DNA of 39,899 nucleotides from Pseudomonadota bacterium (GTDB lineage Bacteria; Pseudomonadota; Gammaproteobacteria; Burkholderiales; Burkholderiaceae_C). The stretch spans positions 1 through 39,899 of the forward strand of contig JAKAHP010000001.1 of NCBI GenBank assembly GCA_021825505.1, given 5' to 3'. The notes below the pieces were generated by a model. That model was given only the letters and a program-made list of their open reading frames with translations, was not told the origin of the DNA and did not search any database. Position 1 is the stretch's first letter. Every line of letters begins with the position of its first letter. Both the position numbers and the translations under genes were made by a program. Shown one piece after another: positions 7,575 through 17,741 of the stretch.

Positions 7575-9170
7575 ATGAACCCGAACTGGCAAGCCGTGCT
7601 GCCCTGGCTGAGCGCGGCCGGCGCCGCGCTGATCGCCGCGCTGGCCTGGGAGTTGCGCCGCCGCGAGCGCCTTGCCGCGCGTGCCCGGCAGAGCGTCGAA
7701 TCGTGGTACCGCGCCGTCGTCGAATCGTCCGACGATGCGATCATCGGCAAGGACCTCAACGGCACCATCCTGAGCTGGAACGCTGCCGCCCAGCGCCTGT
7801 TCGGCTACACCGCCGCGGAGGCGCTGGGGCGGCCGATCACGATGCTGTTTCCGGCCGGCACCGAGCATGAGGAAACGGTATTGCTGCACCGCATCCGCAG
7901 CGGCGAGCACATCAGCCATTACGAAGCCGAGCGCGTGTGCCGCGACGGCCACACGGTCAGCGTGTCGCTGAGCATCTCGCCGATCAAGGACGAGCGCGGT
8001 CGCATCGTCGGCGCATCGAAGATCGCGCGCGACGTCAGCGAACGCAAGCGCATCGAAGCCGAGCTGCGTGAAAGCCGCCAGCGACTGGCGCTGCTGATCG
8101 ACCAGGCACCGGTCGCGCTGGCGCTGTTCGACAGCGGCGCGCATTGCCTGCTGGCCAGCCGCCGCTGGCTGGAGGACCACCGCGTAGCCGACGTCGAGCA
8201 GCGCGAACTGGCGGCCTTGCTGCCGCGCACCGCACTCGACTGGCCGGAGGTGCAGCGCCGCGCGCTGTCCGGCGAGGCGATGCAGGGCGATGCGCTGCCG
8301 GTGGCCGGGACCGACGCGCGCAGCCACTGGCTGCGCTGGGCGGTGCGTCCCTGGCGCACCGACGACGGCGGCATCGGCGGCCTGGTGGCGTTCACCGAGG
8401 ACGTCTCCGGGCTGGTCGAGGCGCGGCGTGAGATCGAGCGCCTGAACGCCGACCTGCAGCGCCGCGTCGACGAAGGCAGCGTCGCGCTGAGCGGCGCCAA
8501 CGACGAGCTCGACGCATTCACCTACGCGGTGGCGCACGAGCTGCGCGCGCCACTGCGCGCGATGAGCGGCTTCAGCCAGGCGCTGGTCGACGACCATGCC
8601 GCGCAGCTCGACGGCGAGGCCCGCGTCTACCTCGAGCAGATCGACACGGCGGCACGCCGCATGGCCGCGCTGGTCGACGGCATCCTCGCTCTGGCGCGCA
8701 GCGCACGCAGCGCACCGCAACGCGTCGACGTCGACCTGGCCGCGCTGGCGCGACGGCTGCTGCTCGAGCTCGAGCGGCATGACCCCGCGCATCGAGTCGA
8801 GTGGTCGGTCGACGACACGCTGCGCGTGCACGCCGACCCGCGCATGGTCGAAGTCGCGTTGCGCTTGCTGCTCGAAAACGCATGGAAGTTCAGCGCAGGC
8901 GTTGCGCGACCGTGCATCCAGGTCCATGCGATCGAGCTCGACGGGGTCGCCGGCTGCTGCATCGAGGACAACGGCGCCGGTTTCGACATGCGCCACGCGG
9001 CGCGCCTGTTCAAGCCCTTCCAGCGCCTGCATCGCCACGACGAATTTCCCGGCGTCGGTGTCGGGCTGGCGACCGCGCAGCGCATCGTGCAGCGCCACGG
9101 CGGACGCATCGACGTCGAAGCCCGCCCCGGCGCCGGTTGCCGCGTGCGCTTCAGGCTGCAGCCGGCATGA
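7575..9170 (+). CDS. PAS/PAC-domain sensor histidine kinase
   Basis: N-terminal TM helix and PAS (SSDDAIIGKDLNGTILSWN...GASKIARDVS). H-box AHELRAPL, N-box LLENAWKF, G1 DNGAGF, F-box FKPFQRL and G2 GVGVGL. Confidence 0.93.
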   Translation: MNPNWQAVLPWLSAAGAALIAALAWELRRRERLAARARQSVESWYRAVVESSDDAIIGKDLNGTILSWNAAAQRLFGYTAAEALGRPITMLFPAGTEHEETVLLHRIRSGEHISHYEAERVCRDGHTVSVSLSISPIKDERGRIVGASKIARDVSERKRIEAELRESRQRLALLIDQAPVALALFDSGAHCLLASRRWLEDHRVADVEQRELAALLPRTALDWPEVQRRALSGEAMQGDALPVAGTDARSHWLRWAVRPWRTDDGGIGGLVAFTEDVSGLVEARREIERLNADLQRRVDEGSVALSGANDELDAFTYAVAHELRAPLRAMSGFSQALVDDHAAQLDGEARVYLEQIDTAARRMAALVDGILALARSARSAPQRVDVDLAALARRLLLELERHDPAHRVEWSVDDTLRVHADPRMVEVALRLLLENAWKFSAGVARPCIQVHAIELDGVAGCCIEDNGAGFDMRHAARLFKPFQRLHRHDEFPGVGVGLATAQRIVQRHGGRIDVEARPGAGCRVRFRLQPA

Positions 9171-9193
9171 GACGCGACGTGCGCCCCCCTTGT

Positions 9194-10246
9194 TCAGTGG
9201 CTGACGAGCTGCGCGCCGCCGACGGTGACGCGGTTGCGCCCGGCCCCCTTCGAGGCATACAGCGCGCTGTCGACGCGCTGCAGCAGGGTCTCGCGGGTGT
9301 CGTCGTGCAGGCGGGTGGCCACGCCCAGCGACGCCGTGAACGGCTCGAGCATGAAGTTGTCGCGCTTGCGCACCAGGCGCAGCGACTGGATGCGCGTGCG
9401 TATCGTCTCGGCCAGGTGGCGGGCCGTGTCCTCGGGGGTTCGCGGCAGCAGCACGATGAACTCTTCGCCGCCGTAGCGCACCGCCTGATCGGCGCCACGC
9501 AGGCATTTGCGGATCACTTCGGCGACGTTGCGGATCACCGCGTCGCCGAGCACGTGACCGTAGGTATCGTTGATGCGCTTGAAATGATCGATGTCGACCA
9601 TCAACACGCTCAAGGGCTCGCCCGTGTCGAGCGCCATCAGTTCGTCGAACTGCGCGTCCATGCCGCGCCGGTTGAGCAAACCGGTCAGTGGATCGAGCAA
9701 GGCGGCGCGGCGCTGTTGTTCAAGCTCGCTGCGCAGCGTATCGGTTTCCGCGAGCGTATCGTGCAGCTGTTGCTGCAAACGCGCGTTGCTCTGCACCGCG
9801 TCGCGCGTGGCGTCGGCCAGCCGCAGCACGACCGCCTCGACCGCCTCGACACCGCTGGCCGCGTCGAGGTTGCCGAGGCTGGCTTCGAGTTCGCGGCCGA
9901 ACGCCGCGGCGCCCTCGCCGGCCTCGCCGACGCTTTGCGCCAACGATTCGACCAGCTGCTTCAGGTCGCCGCCGACCCCACGCAGATTCTTGTACGGATC
10001 GACCGCGATGTGGCGTTCATGCAACTCGGCGAACAGAAACGCGTCGAGCGCGCGACCGGCCTGCAGCCGCTGGTCGATTTCGGCGCGCAATTCGGCGTGG
10101 CTGCCGGCCGCGTACAGGTACGCGACCGCGTAATGCTGCGGGGTCGGCGCGATCGAGTGTTCGAGCAGCAGCTCGAACGCGCGCTCGCCGAGCTTGCGCG
10201 CCTCGCTGAAGTCCTGATGCGCTATCTTGGAATCGACGGCAGGCAT
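9194..10246 (-). CDS. Diguanylate cyclase (GGDEF domain)
   Basis: DPLTGLLNRR, DIDHFKRINDTYGH and RYGGEEF. I-site RGAD lies five residues before GGEEF. Soluble helical N-terminus. Start placed at ATG 10246. Confidence 0.93.
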   Translation of the reverse strand: MPAVDSKIAHQDFSEARKLGERAFELLLEHSIAPTPQHYAVAYLYAAGSHAELRAEIDQRLQAGRALDAFLFAELHERHIAVDPYKNLRGVGGDLKQLVESLAQSVGEAGEGAAAFGRELEASLGNLDAASGVEAVEAVVLRLADATRDAVQSNARLQQQLHDTLAETDTLRSELEQQRRAALLDPLTGLLNRRGMDAQFDELMALDTGEPLSVLMVDIDHFKRINDTYGHVLGDAVIRNVAEVIRKCLRGADQAVRYGGEEFIVLLPRTPEDTARHLAETIRTRIQSLRLVRKRDNFMLEPFTASLGVATRLHDDTRETLLQRVDSALYASKGAGRNRVTVGGAQLVSH

Positions 10247-10379
10247 GGCAGTGTCCCTGTGATCGCGACGCCCGACGGCCCCACGCCATTGCAACTAAAA
10301 TGGCAGGTATCCGACGGAACTTGCGGATTTTTATAGGATTCTATACCGCTTATTCCGATACGCACCCCCCTGAATCCGC

Positions 10380-10988
10380 ATGTTTGATCCGCCCCAGGTC
10401 CCGGCGCCTACGCCGGGCAACACCATCCACCCGCTCGGCCAGGCATTGATCGCCGCGGTCGACGAGCGCGACCGCCACACTGGCGAGCACTGCCGCCGGG
10501 TGTGCGTGCTCGCAGTCGAACTCGGCCGTCGCGTCGGACTCGAGGCGCCGTCACTCGACCTGCTGCACCAGGCCGCCGCGCTGCACGATCTGGGCAAGAT
10601 CGGCATCCCCGACATGGTGCTGCTCAAGCCGGGTCGGCTCTACGACGACGAGTGGGAGGTGATGCGCAGCCATGCCGACCGCGGCGCGCGCCTGATCACC
10701 GCGGCCGGGCTGCACAACGCCGCGGCGCTGGCGCAGGTCGTGCGTCACCACCACGAGCACATCGACGGCAGCGGCTACCCCGACGCGCTGCGCGGCGACG
10801 CGATTCCGCTGCTGTCGCGCATCGTGGCGCTGGCCGACAGCTATGACGCGATGTGCGAACCCCGCTCCTACCGTGACGCGCTGCCCCCGGCGCAGGCACT
10901 GGAGATCATGCGTGGCGAGCGCGGCGTGAAATTCGAGCACGAACTGTTTGCGTTGTTCGAACAGGCGGTGGCCGGGGTCGGGGCCTGA
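10380..10988 (+). CDS. Stand-alone HD-GYP domain protein (putative c-di-GMP phosphodiesterase)
   Basis: TGEH, LHDLGKIG, HHEHIDGSGYP, ADSYDAM and RSYR motifs. Confidence 0.9.
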   Translation: MFDPPQVPAPTPGNTIHPLGQALIAAVDERDRHTGEHCRRVCVLAVELGRRVGLEAPSLDLLHQAAALHDLGKIGIPDMVLLKPGRLYDDEWEVMRSHADRGARLITAAGLHNAAALAQVVRHHHEHIDGSGYPDALRGDAIPLLSRIVALADSYDAMCEPRSYRDALPPAQALEIMRGERGVKFEHELFALFEQAVAGVGA

Positions 10989-11069
10989 GCCGCGGTCACC
11001 GCCACCGCGACCGCTGATTCCATGCGACGCAAAAATGCGCGATAATCCAGGGTTGCCTGGAATCGTGCA

Positions 11070-11705
11070 ATGACCTATTCGGTCAAAGAAATCTTCTACA
11101 CGCTACAAGGCGAAGGCATGCAGGCCGGGCGCGCCGCGGTATTCTGCCGCTTCGCCGGGTGCAATCTGTGGTCGGGCCGCGAGGCGGACCGCGCCGGCGC
11201 GCAATGCCGGTTTTGCGACACCGATTTCGTCGGAACCGACGGCAGTGGCGGCGGCAAGTTCACCGACGCCGCTGCGCTGGCCGCCGCGATCGCCGCGCAA
11301 TGGCCGGCACAGGTCGGCGGCCGGCGCTTCTGCGTGCTCACCGGTGGCGAGCCGCTGCTGCAGGTCGACTCCGCGCTGTGCGCCGCGTTGCATGCGAGCG
11401 GCTTCGAAATCGCGGTCGAGACCAACGGCACGCTGCCGGCCCCGGCGGGCATCGACTGGATCTGCGTCAGCCCGAAGGCCGGCAATGCGCTGGTGTTGCG
11501 CAGCGGCGACGAATTGAAAGTCGTTGTGCCGCAAAATGGCATCGATCTCGACGCCCTGGCCGAGCTGCCGTTTCGCCACCACCTGCTGCAGCCGCTCGAC
11601 GATGCGCGGCGTGCGGCCAATACCGCGTGGGCGGTACAGCGCTGTCTGGACGACCCGCGCTGGAAGCTCAGTTTGCAGACCCACAAGACCTTAGGCATCC
11701 GTTGA
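11070..11705 (+). CDS. queE: 7-carboxy-7-deazaguanine synthase (radical SAM)
   Basis: EIFYTLQGEG, CX14CX2C motif (Burkholderia-type QueE), TGGEP, ETNG and SLQTHK. Confidence 0.95.
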   Translation: MTYSVKEIFYTLQGEGMQAGRAAVFCRFAGCNLWSGREADRAGAQCRFCDTDFVGTDGSGGGKFTDAAALAAAIAAQWPAQVGGRRFCVLTGGEPLLQVDSALCAALHASGFEIAVETNGTLPAPAGIDWICVSPKAGNALVLRSGDELKVVVPQNGIDLDALAELPFRHHLLQPLDDARRAANTAWAVQRCLDDPRWKLSLQTHKTLGIR

Positions 11706-11751
11706 ACCCTGCCGCGCGCATAATGCGCACTGACCGCGAGCGTACCGATCG

Positions 11752-13167
11752 ATGAACAGTGAAACCCAGGAAGCCCCGCAGCGCTATACCGAGCTCGAAC
11801 TCGACGAGCGACTGCTGCGCGCGGTGGTCGATATCGGTTACACCACGCTGACCCCGATCCAGCAGCGCGCGATTCCGATCGTGCTGTCGGGTCGCGACGT
11901 GATGGGCGCCGCGCAGACCGGAACCGGCAAGACCGCGGCGTTCTCGCTGCCGATCCTGCAGAAGCTGCTGCCGCTGGCGAGCACCAGCGTGTCGCCGGCA
12001 CGACACCCGGTGCGTGCGCTGGTGCTGGCGCCGACGCGCGAGCTCGCCGACCAGGTGTTCAACAACGTGCAGGCCTATGCCAAGCACACGCCGCTGCGCT
12101 GCGCCTGCGTGTTCGGCGGTATCGACATGGCGCCGCAGACCGCGGTGCTGCGCAAGGGCGTCGAGGTGCTGGTGGCCACGCCCGGGCGCCTGCTCGATCA
12201 CATCGAGGCGAAGAACGTCACGTTGTCGCAGGTGCAGTACGTCGTGCTCGACGAAGCCGACCGCATGCTCGACATCGGCTTCCTGCCCGATCTGCAGCGC
12301 ATCCTCGCCTACCTGCCCAAGCAGCGCACCACGCTGCTGTTCTCGGCGACGTTCTCGCCCGAGATCAAGCGCCTGGCGCAGAGCTATCTGCAGGAGCCGG
12401 TGCTGGTCGAGGTGGCACGACCGAACGCCACGGCGACCAATGTCGAACAGCTGGTCTACAAGGTCGGCGAGGAAAGCAAGCACGCCGCGCTGCTGCAACT
12501 GCTGCGCGACCACGAGCTGCGCCAGACCATCGTGTTCGTCAACAGCCGACTGGGCGCCAGCCGCCTGGCGCGCCTGCTGGTGCGCGACGGCCTGCGCGCG
12601 CAGGCGATGCACGGCGACAAGTCGCAAGCCGAGCGCCTGGCCACGCTGGATGCGTTCAAGCGCAACGAAGTCGAGGTGCTGGTCGCCACCGACGTGGCCG
12701 CGCGCGGCCTCGACATCGCCGAGCTGCCCGGGGTGATCAATTACGACGTGCCGTTCAACGCCGAGGATTACGTGCACCGCATCGGCCGCACCGGCCGTGC
12801 CGGCGCCTCGGGGCTGGCGATCACGCTGGCGGCCGAGCGCGACACGCGCGGCCTGGCCGACATCGAGAAGCTGATCAAGCGCTCGATCGAGGTGCGCGAG
12901 CTGCGCCTGGAACCGCGCCGCCGTCGTGAAGAGCACGCCGGCGAGCGCCGCGATGACCGGCGCGGCAGCGCGGGAGGGCCGCGCACGTCGGCGCCCCGCG
13001 CGCCGCAGGACCCGTGGTTCGACAAGCCCTACGAAGCCGATCCGGAAGCGAACCCGGGCTGGGAACAGGCTGCCGTCTCGAGCGGCCGCAGCGCGGGGCC
13101 GAACATTCGGCAGCGGCGCAAAGTCGCGCTGCTGCTCGGCGGCAAGCCGCCCGCCACCAGCAACTGA
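11752..13167 (+). CDS. rhlE: DEAD-box ATP-dependent RNA helicase (RhlE-like)
   Basis: Q motif, AQTGTGKT, PTRELA, TPGRL, DEAD, SAT, ARGLD and HRIGRTGR. Confidence 0.92.
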   Translation: MNSETQEAPQRYTELELDERLLRAVVDIGYTTLTPIQQRAIPIVLSGRDVMGAAQTGTGKTAAFSLPILQKLLPLASTSVSPARHPVRALVLAPTRELADQVFNNVQAYAKHTPLRCACVFGGIDMAPQTAVLRKGVEVLVATPGRLLDHIEAKNVTLSQVQYVVLDEADRMLDIGFLPDLQRILAYLPKQRTTLLFSATFSPEIKRLAQSYLQEPVLVEVARPNATATNVEQLVYKVGEESKHAALLQLLRDHELRQTIVFVNSRLGASRLARLLVRDGLRAQAMHGDKSQAERLATLDAFKRNEVEVLVATDVAARGLDIAELPGVINYDVPFNAEDYVHRIGRTGRAGASGLAITLAAERDTRGLADIEKLIKRSIEVRELRLEPRRRREEHAGERRDDRRGSAGGPRTSAPRAPQDPWFDKPYEADPEANPGWEQAAVSSGRSAGPNIRQRRKVALLLGGKPPATSN

Positions 13168-13182
13168 GCGCTGCGGCGCGCT

Positions 13183-14046
13183 TCAGCGCCACAGCTCGCG
13201 CCACTGCACGACCGCCGACTCGAGCTGTTCGGCGATGCTGCCGCCATGCGGCTGCACGCCGAGGTGCCGGCAGGCGTCGCGCAGTGCGCCAAGGCCGGGC
13301 ACCAGCGGCGCCGCCGCATCGCTTTTCGACAGCTTGCGGCTCTGCCCGTCGAGCACCAGCGCGACGTGCAGGTAGCGTGGCGACGGCAGTCCGAGCGCGC
13401 GCTGCAGCAGCAGCTGGCGCGCGGTCGACGTCGCCAGGTCCTCGCCACGCACGACGTCGGTGACGCCCTGCGCGGCATCGTCGACCACCACCGCCAACTG
13501 ATAAGCCCACAGCCCGTCGGCGCGACGCAACACGAAATCGCCGACGCTCGCGGCAACGTCCTCGCAGCGCTCGCCCAGGCGGCGGTCGCTCCAGCGCACG
13601 CACGCATCGTCGGGCAGACGCAGGCGCTGCGCGCGCGCGCCGTCGGCGCGGCGGCAGCCATCGCGGCAGGTTCCCGGATAAGGCCATTCGACGCCCGGCG
13701 CCGGCGCTCGCCCCTGCGCGCGCAAGGCGCGCGCGATATCGCTGCGCGAGCAGCTGCACGGATAGACCCTGCCCGCCGCCGCCAGCCGCGCCAACGCCCG
13801 CGCGTAGGCGGCGCCGCGCGTCGACTGGCGCAGCGGCGGCGCGTCGGCCTGCAGGCCGCATGCCGCCAGTTGACGCACGATCAGCGCATCGGCGCCGGCC
13901 ACGCAGCGCGGCGTATCGACGTCCTCGATGCGCAGCAGCCAGCGACCGCGTGCGGCGCGCGCATCGAGCCACGAGGCCAGCGCCGCGACCAGCGAGCCGG
14001 CGTGCAGCGCGCCGGTGGGCGACGGCGCGAAGCGGCCGACGTACAT
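13183..14046 (-). CDS. gluQ: Glutamyl-Q tRNA(Asp) synthetase
   Basis: [17 protein letters not shown]...YPGTC zinc site, [16 protein letters not shown] and KLSKS. No anticodon-binding domain. Confidence 0.93.
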   Translation of the reverse strand: MYVGRFAPSPTGALHAGSLVAALASWLDARAARGRWLLRIEDVDTPRCVAGADALIVRQLAACGLQADAPPLRQSTRGAAYARALARLAAAGRVYPCSCSRSDIARALRAQGRAPAPGVEWPYPGTCRDGCRRADGARAQRLRLPDDACVRWSDRRLGERCEDVAASVGDFVLRRADGLWAYQLAVVVDDAAQGVTDVVRGEDLATSTARQLLLQRALGLPSPRYLHVALVLDGQSRKLSKSDAAAPLVPGLGALRDACRHLGVQPHGGSIAEQLESAVVQWRELWR

Positions 14047-14056
14047 CGGGCGCCGC

Positions 14057-14956
14057 TCAGAAGCGCACGTAATGGTCGAGCAGCATCGCGCCGAACAACA
14101 GCGACAGGTAGACGATCGAGTAGCGGAACATGCGCCGCGCCAACGCGTCGCTGTAGCGCTGCTTCAGCTCCCACGCGTAGGCCAGGAACACCGTGTCGAG
14201 CAGCACCGCGGCGACAGCGTAGACGATGCCGCTCATGTGCATCGCGAACGGCATCAGGCTGACCGCGGTCAGCAGCACCGTGTAAAGCAAGGCCTGCAAC
14301 CGGGTGTATTCTGACCCGTGCGTGACGGGCAGCATCGGCAAGCCGGACTTGCGGTAGTCCTCGGTGCGGTAAAGCGCCAGCGCCCAGAAATGCGGCGGCG
14401 TCCACAGGAAGATGATCAGGAACAGGATCAGCGCCTGGGCGTCGACATGGCCGCTGACCGCGGCCCAGCCCAGCACCGGCGGCATCGCGCCGGAGGCGCC
14501 ACCGATCACGATGTTCTGCGGAGTGGCAGGCTTGAGCAGCACCGTGTAGATCACCGCATAGCCGATGAAGGTGCCGAAGGTCAGCCACATCGTCAGCGTG
14601 TTGACTTGCGTGGCCAGCAGCAGCATGCCCAGGGCGCACAGCGCGCCGGAGAACGCGATGATCGACGACGCGCGCAGCTCGCCGGTGGCGCTCGGCCGCC
14701 ACGAGGTACGCCGCATCACCGCATCGATGCGCTGCTCGACCAGGCAGTTGAACGCGGCGGCAGCGCTGGCGACGAACCAGATGCCCAGCGTGCCGAACAC
14801 CAGCGGGCGCCACGACGGCAGGCCCGGGGTCGCGAGGAACATGCCGATCACCGCGCAGAACACGATCAGTTGCACGACGCGCGGCTTGGTCAGCGCGTAG
14901 TACTGGTGGAGGGCGCGCTGCAATCCCGGCGCCGGAGGCATCGTGGTCGTTTTCAT
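14057..14956 (-). CDS. cyoE: Protoheme IX farnesyltransferase (heme o synthase)
   Basis: [28 protein letters not shown] and DY...GLPMLP motifs. Confidence 0.95.
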   Translation of the reverse strand: MKTTTMPPAPGLQRALHQYYALTKPRVVQLIVFCAVIGMFLATPGLPSWRPLVFGTLGIWFVASAAAAFNCLVEQRIDAVMRRTSWRPSATGELRASSIIAFSGALCALGMLLLATQVNTLTMWLTFGTFIGYAVIYTVLLKPATPQNIVIGGASGAMPPVLGWAAVSGHVDAQALILFLIIFLWTPPHFWALALYRTEDYRKSGLPMLPVTHGSEYTRLQALLYTVLLTAVSLMPFAMHMSGIVYAVAAVLLDTVFLAYAWELKQRYSDALARRMFRYSIVYLSLLFGAMLLDHYVRF

Positions 14957-16077
14957 CGATAGATCATCAAGAAATCCCGGCGCGGGGCGCCGGCGCGGTA
15001 CACGGCGATGCTCAACAGCAGCACCAGCAGCGCCGCCACCCCGTTGTGCGCAACCGCCAGCGCCAGCGGATGCGCGAAGATCACGACGCTGGCGCCGAGC
15101 GCGATCTGCACCACCAGCAGCAGCGCGATCTGCCACGCGAGCCGGCGCAACTCGGCGTGGCGCGCCATCGCGGCGCACGCCGCGCCGATGATCACCGCCA
15201 GCACCAGCGCGAACAGCCGGTGACCCCACTGGATCGCCACCAAGGCCTGCAGCGTGATCGCCGAGCCGTCCGGATTTTCGCCGAGGTTACGCCAGAAGGT
15301 AAAACCATGCAGCCAGTCGGCTTGCGGATGCAGCGTGCCGTTGCAGGTCGGGAAACCCGAGCAGGCCAGTGCCGCGTAATTGGTGCTGACCCAGCCGCCG
15401 AGGAAGACCTGCCACAGCGTCGCCAGCAGCGCCAGCCACAGCAGGGCCCGCGTCGCGCCGCCGGCTTGGGCGCGCGGCAGGTCGTCGCGGTTGCGCATCC
15501 AGAACCAGGCGGCGAGCATCAGCAGCACGATGCCGCCCATCAGGTGCAGCGTGACGATCAGCGGCTTGAGCAGCAGGGTCACGGTCCATGCCCCGAACAG
15601 CCCCTGCAGCACGACCCAGGCGACCAGCAGCAGCGGCAGGCCCAGGCGCACCGAGTTGCGGCGGCGACGTGTCAGCGCCGCGCGCACCGCCATGGCGACG
15701 ATCAGCGCACCGATGATGGTCGCGACGTAACGGTGAATCATCTCGACCCAGGCCTTGAACGGGCTGACGTTGCCCTGGGTGCCGCCCTGCTCGGCCACTG
15801 CCTGGCCGATCTGCACATGGGCCTGCGCCGGCGTGAAATGACCGTAGCAACCGGGCCAGTCGGGGCAGCCCAGGCCGGCATCGGTCAAACGCACGAAAGC
15901 GCCGAACATCACCAGGTCCATGGTCAGGAACACCAGCAGCGCGACCAGCTTGGGCCAGCGCATGCGCAGCGCCGCGACCAGCACCAGCAGCAGCCCGCCG
16001 AGCCACATCACGGCCTGCACCGCGTGCAGCGAGAACGACCACACGGTGGGTACCGCGGTCGACAGATTGCCGGTCAT
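14953..16077 (-). CDS. ctaA: Heme A synthase (COX15/CtaA)
   Basis: [29 protein letters not shown] and AHN motifs. Multiple TM helices. Confidence 0.92.
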   Translation of the reverse strand: MTGNLSTAVPTVWSFSLHAVQAVMWLGGLLLVLVAALRMRWPKLVALLVFLTMDLVMFGAFVRLTDAGLGCPDWPGCYGHFTPAQAHVQIGQAVAEQGGTQGNVSPFKAWVEMIHRYVATIIGALIVAMAVRAALTRRRRNSVRLGLPLLLVAWVVLQGLFGAWTVTLLLKPLIVTLHLMGGIVLLMLAAWFWMRNRDDLPRAQAGGATRALLWLALLATLWQVFLGGWVSTNYAALACSGFPTCNGTLHPQADWLHGFTFWRNLGENPDGSAITLQALVAIQWGHRLFALVLAVIIGAACAAMARHAELRRLAWQIALLLVVQIALGASVVIFAHPLALAVAHNGVAALLVLLLSIAVYRAGAPRRDFLMIYR

Positions 16078-16685
16078 CGCAAAGGCTCCAGATGGCGCGG
16101 CTTCCAGCCGGCGCTGTTGTAAAGCAGTTTCTTGAACACGCCCAGCGCCGGCAGCGGCCGCACGGGTGCGTCGAAGCGCAGCATCAGGTGACCCAGCGGG
16201 TCGACCAGCCACAGCACACCCTCGAGCGGCGCCGCCGGCGCGGTGGGCAGCCAGGCACGCAGCTGCGCCGGATCGGCGCGCAGGATCATGGTGCCGGCCG
16301 CCGGCGCGAGCACGCCGGGGTTGATCGGCGCGTCGTCGAGCACCAGCCAGACGCGCGCGACGCGGTACTGATCCTCGCCCGAGGCCAGGCGGAACTGGCG
16401 CATGTCGAACAGCAACTGCTGGCAGGTCGCGTCGCACGCCGCCGGCGCCGCCATCACCATCAACCAGTAGCCGTCGTAGCGGCGCAGGTCGACCGGCTGG
16501 CCGCGCAGGTCGCTCAGCGTCAGCGCCGGCACCGGGCGCTGCGGCTCGATCAGCTCGCCGTAGGCCGGGCGCCCGCTCGGGTGCACAACGAAGAACAGCA
16601 GCGCGGCCAGCAGCACCGGCGCGGCCGACACCGCGAAGATCAACGCCAGCGTGCGCCGGTTGCGCCGCGCGACATCCTTGCTCAA
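16074..16685 (-). CDS. SCO/thioredoxin-like membrane-anchored oxidase assembly protein
   Basis: TTG start with GGAGG upstream, N-terminal TM, YGELIEPQRP, CxxxC (CDATC) and LVDPLGHLMLRF. Sits between the SURF1 gene and ctaA. Confidence 0.75.
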   Translation of the reverse strand: MSKDVARRNRRTLALIFAVSAAPVLLAALLFFVVHPSGRPAYGELIEPQRPVPALTLSDLRGQPVDLRRYDGYWLMVMAAPAACDATCQQLLFDMRQFRLASGEDQYRVARVWLVLDDAPINPGVLAPAAGTMILRADPAQLRAWLPTAPAAPLEGVLWLVDPLGHLMLRFDAPVRPLPALGVFKKLLYNSAGWKPRHLEPLR

Positions 16686-17443
16686 CGACTGCCCTCCGTG
16701 ACGGCACGGCGACGCAGCCGCCTGCCCATGAAATAAACGGTCAAACCCGCACCCAGCACGCTCATCGCCCACCATTGGAACGCATAACCGAAATTGCGCT
16801 CCATGCCGGTGTCGGCGCGCGGCCACTCGCACACCATCTGCGGCTCGCACGGGGCGAGCTGCTGCAGCACGTAGGGCAGCAGATCGATATGGTGCGTGGC
16901 GGCGAACTGGCTCAACGCCACGTTCTGCCGGATCACCGCGTCGGGCGCATCCTTGGCGAACGAGAACCACTGCGAGGGCGGCGGCGCCAGCCGCCCCGCG
17001 ACGTCGACCGGCGCCTGCGGCGTCGGCACCCCCGGCACCACGCTGCCGGGCGCGAAGGCCGATGCCACCCAGCCGCGCTCGACCATGATCCAGCGCGAGG
17101 TTCCGGCCAGATGCAAGGGGGTCAGCACCCAGAAGCCCGAGCGCCCGTCGTGCTGTCGATTCTGCAGGAACACGGTCCACGCCGCGGCGTAGCTGCCGTG
17201 CGCGCGCAGCGGCCGCCACGCGTCGCGCACCGCGTCGAAGGCCTGCGCGCCCTGCACCAGCGCCGGTCCGCGCATGCGCGCCTCGATGCGCGCGGCCAGC
17301 TGCTGCTTGGTCTGCCCGCGCCCCCACTGCCAGCGCCCGAGCAGCGCGGTCGCGACGATCAGCGTCAGCGCCGCGAACAGCGTCAGGATTTCCCTAGGCC
17401 GCAGCGGCACACGTGCGCTTGATGGGACAATCGGTTCTTGCAT
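16682..17443 (-). CDS. SURF1 family cytochrome oxidase biogenesis protein
   Basis: LGRWQ..R...K, GFWVLTPL, VERGWV and GYAFQWW motifs. Confidence 0.9.
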   Translation of the reverse strand: MQEPIVPSSARVPLRPREILTLFAALTLIVATALLGRWQWGRGQTKQQLAARIEARMRGPALVQGAQAFDAVRDAWRPLRAHGSYAAAWTVFLQNRQHDGRSGFWVLTPLHLAGTSRWIMVERGWVASAFAPGSVVPGVPTPQAPVDVAGRLAPPPSQWFSFAKDAPDAVIRQNVALSQFAATHHIDLLPYVLQQLAPCEPQMVCEWPRADTGMERNFGYAFQWWAMSVLGAGLTVYFMGRRLRRRAVTEGSR

Positions 17444-17479
17444 CAATTCGCCCGCACGCGCCGGGCGTGGGAGTGAGCC

Positions 17480-17692
17480 TTGCACATCATCGTCGTGATC
17501 GCCTTCATCGGCATCCTCGCCAGCCTGTTCTCCGGGCTGTATTTCGTGATGAAGGACAAAGGTCGCAGCAATCGCGCGGTCAACGCGCTGAGCTGGCGCA
17601 TCGGCCTGTCGATCCTGCTGTTCGTCTTCATCCTGATCAGCTACCGGATGGGCTGGATCCACCCGACCGGCATTCCGCTGACCCCGCGCTGA
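17480..17692 (+). CDS. Twin-transmembrane-helix small protein (HIG1-like/DUF2909)
   Basis: Two TM helices, SLFSGLYFVMKDKG and ALSWRIGLS. Inverted orientation inside the cox cluster. Confidence 0.85.
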   Translation: MHIIVVIAFIGILASLFSGLYFVMKDKGRSNRAVNALSWRIGLSILLFVFILISYRMGWIHPTGIPLTPR

Positions 17693-17708
17693 ACAGCGCG
17701 GCGGCAGT

Positions 17709-17730
17709 GCCCGGCGCCTGTACGCCGGGC
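17709..17730. terminator. GC-rich hairpin between convergent genes
   Basis: GCCCGGCG-cctgta-CGCCGGGC. There is no U-tract, so the call is weak. Confidence 0.3.
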
Positions 17731-17741
17731 GCATGGAACGG

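Noticed and set aside
1-11000. Left arm as a mobile genomic island
   Set aside because: No integrase, transposase, tRNA or att-like repeat is visible, and by eye there is no clear compositional shift from the core genes.
10989-11069. preQ1 riboswitch upstream of queE
   Set aside because: No recognisable preQ1 stem/loop consensus is present. Only a short GC hairpin and a promoter-like stretch are seen.
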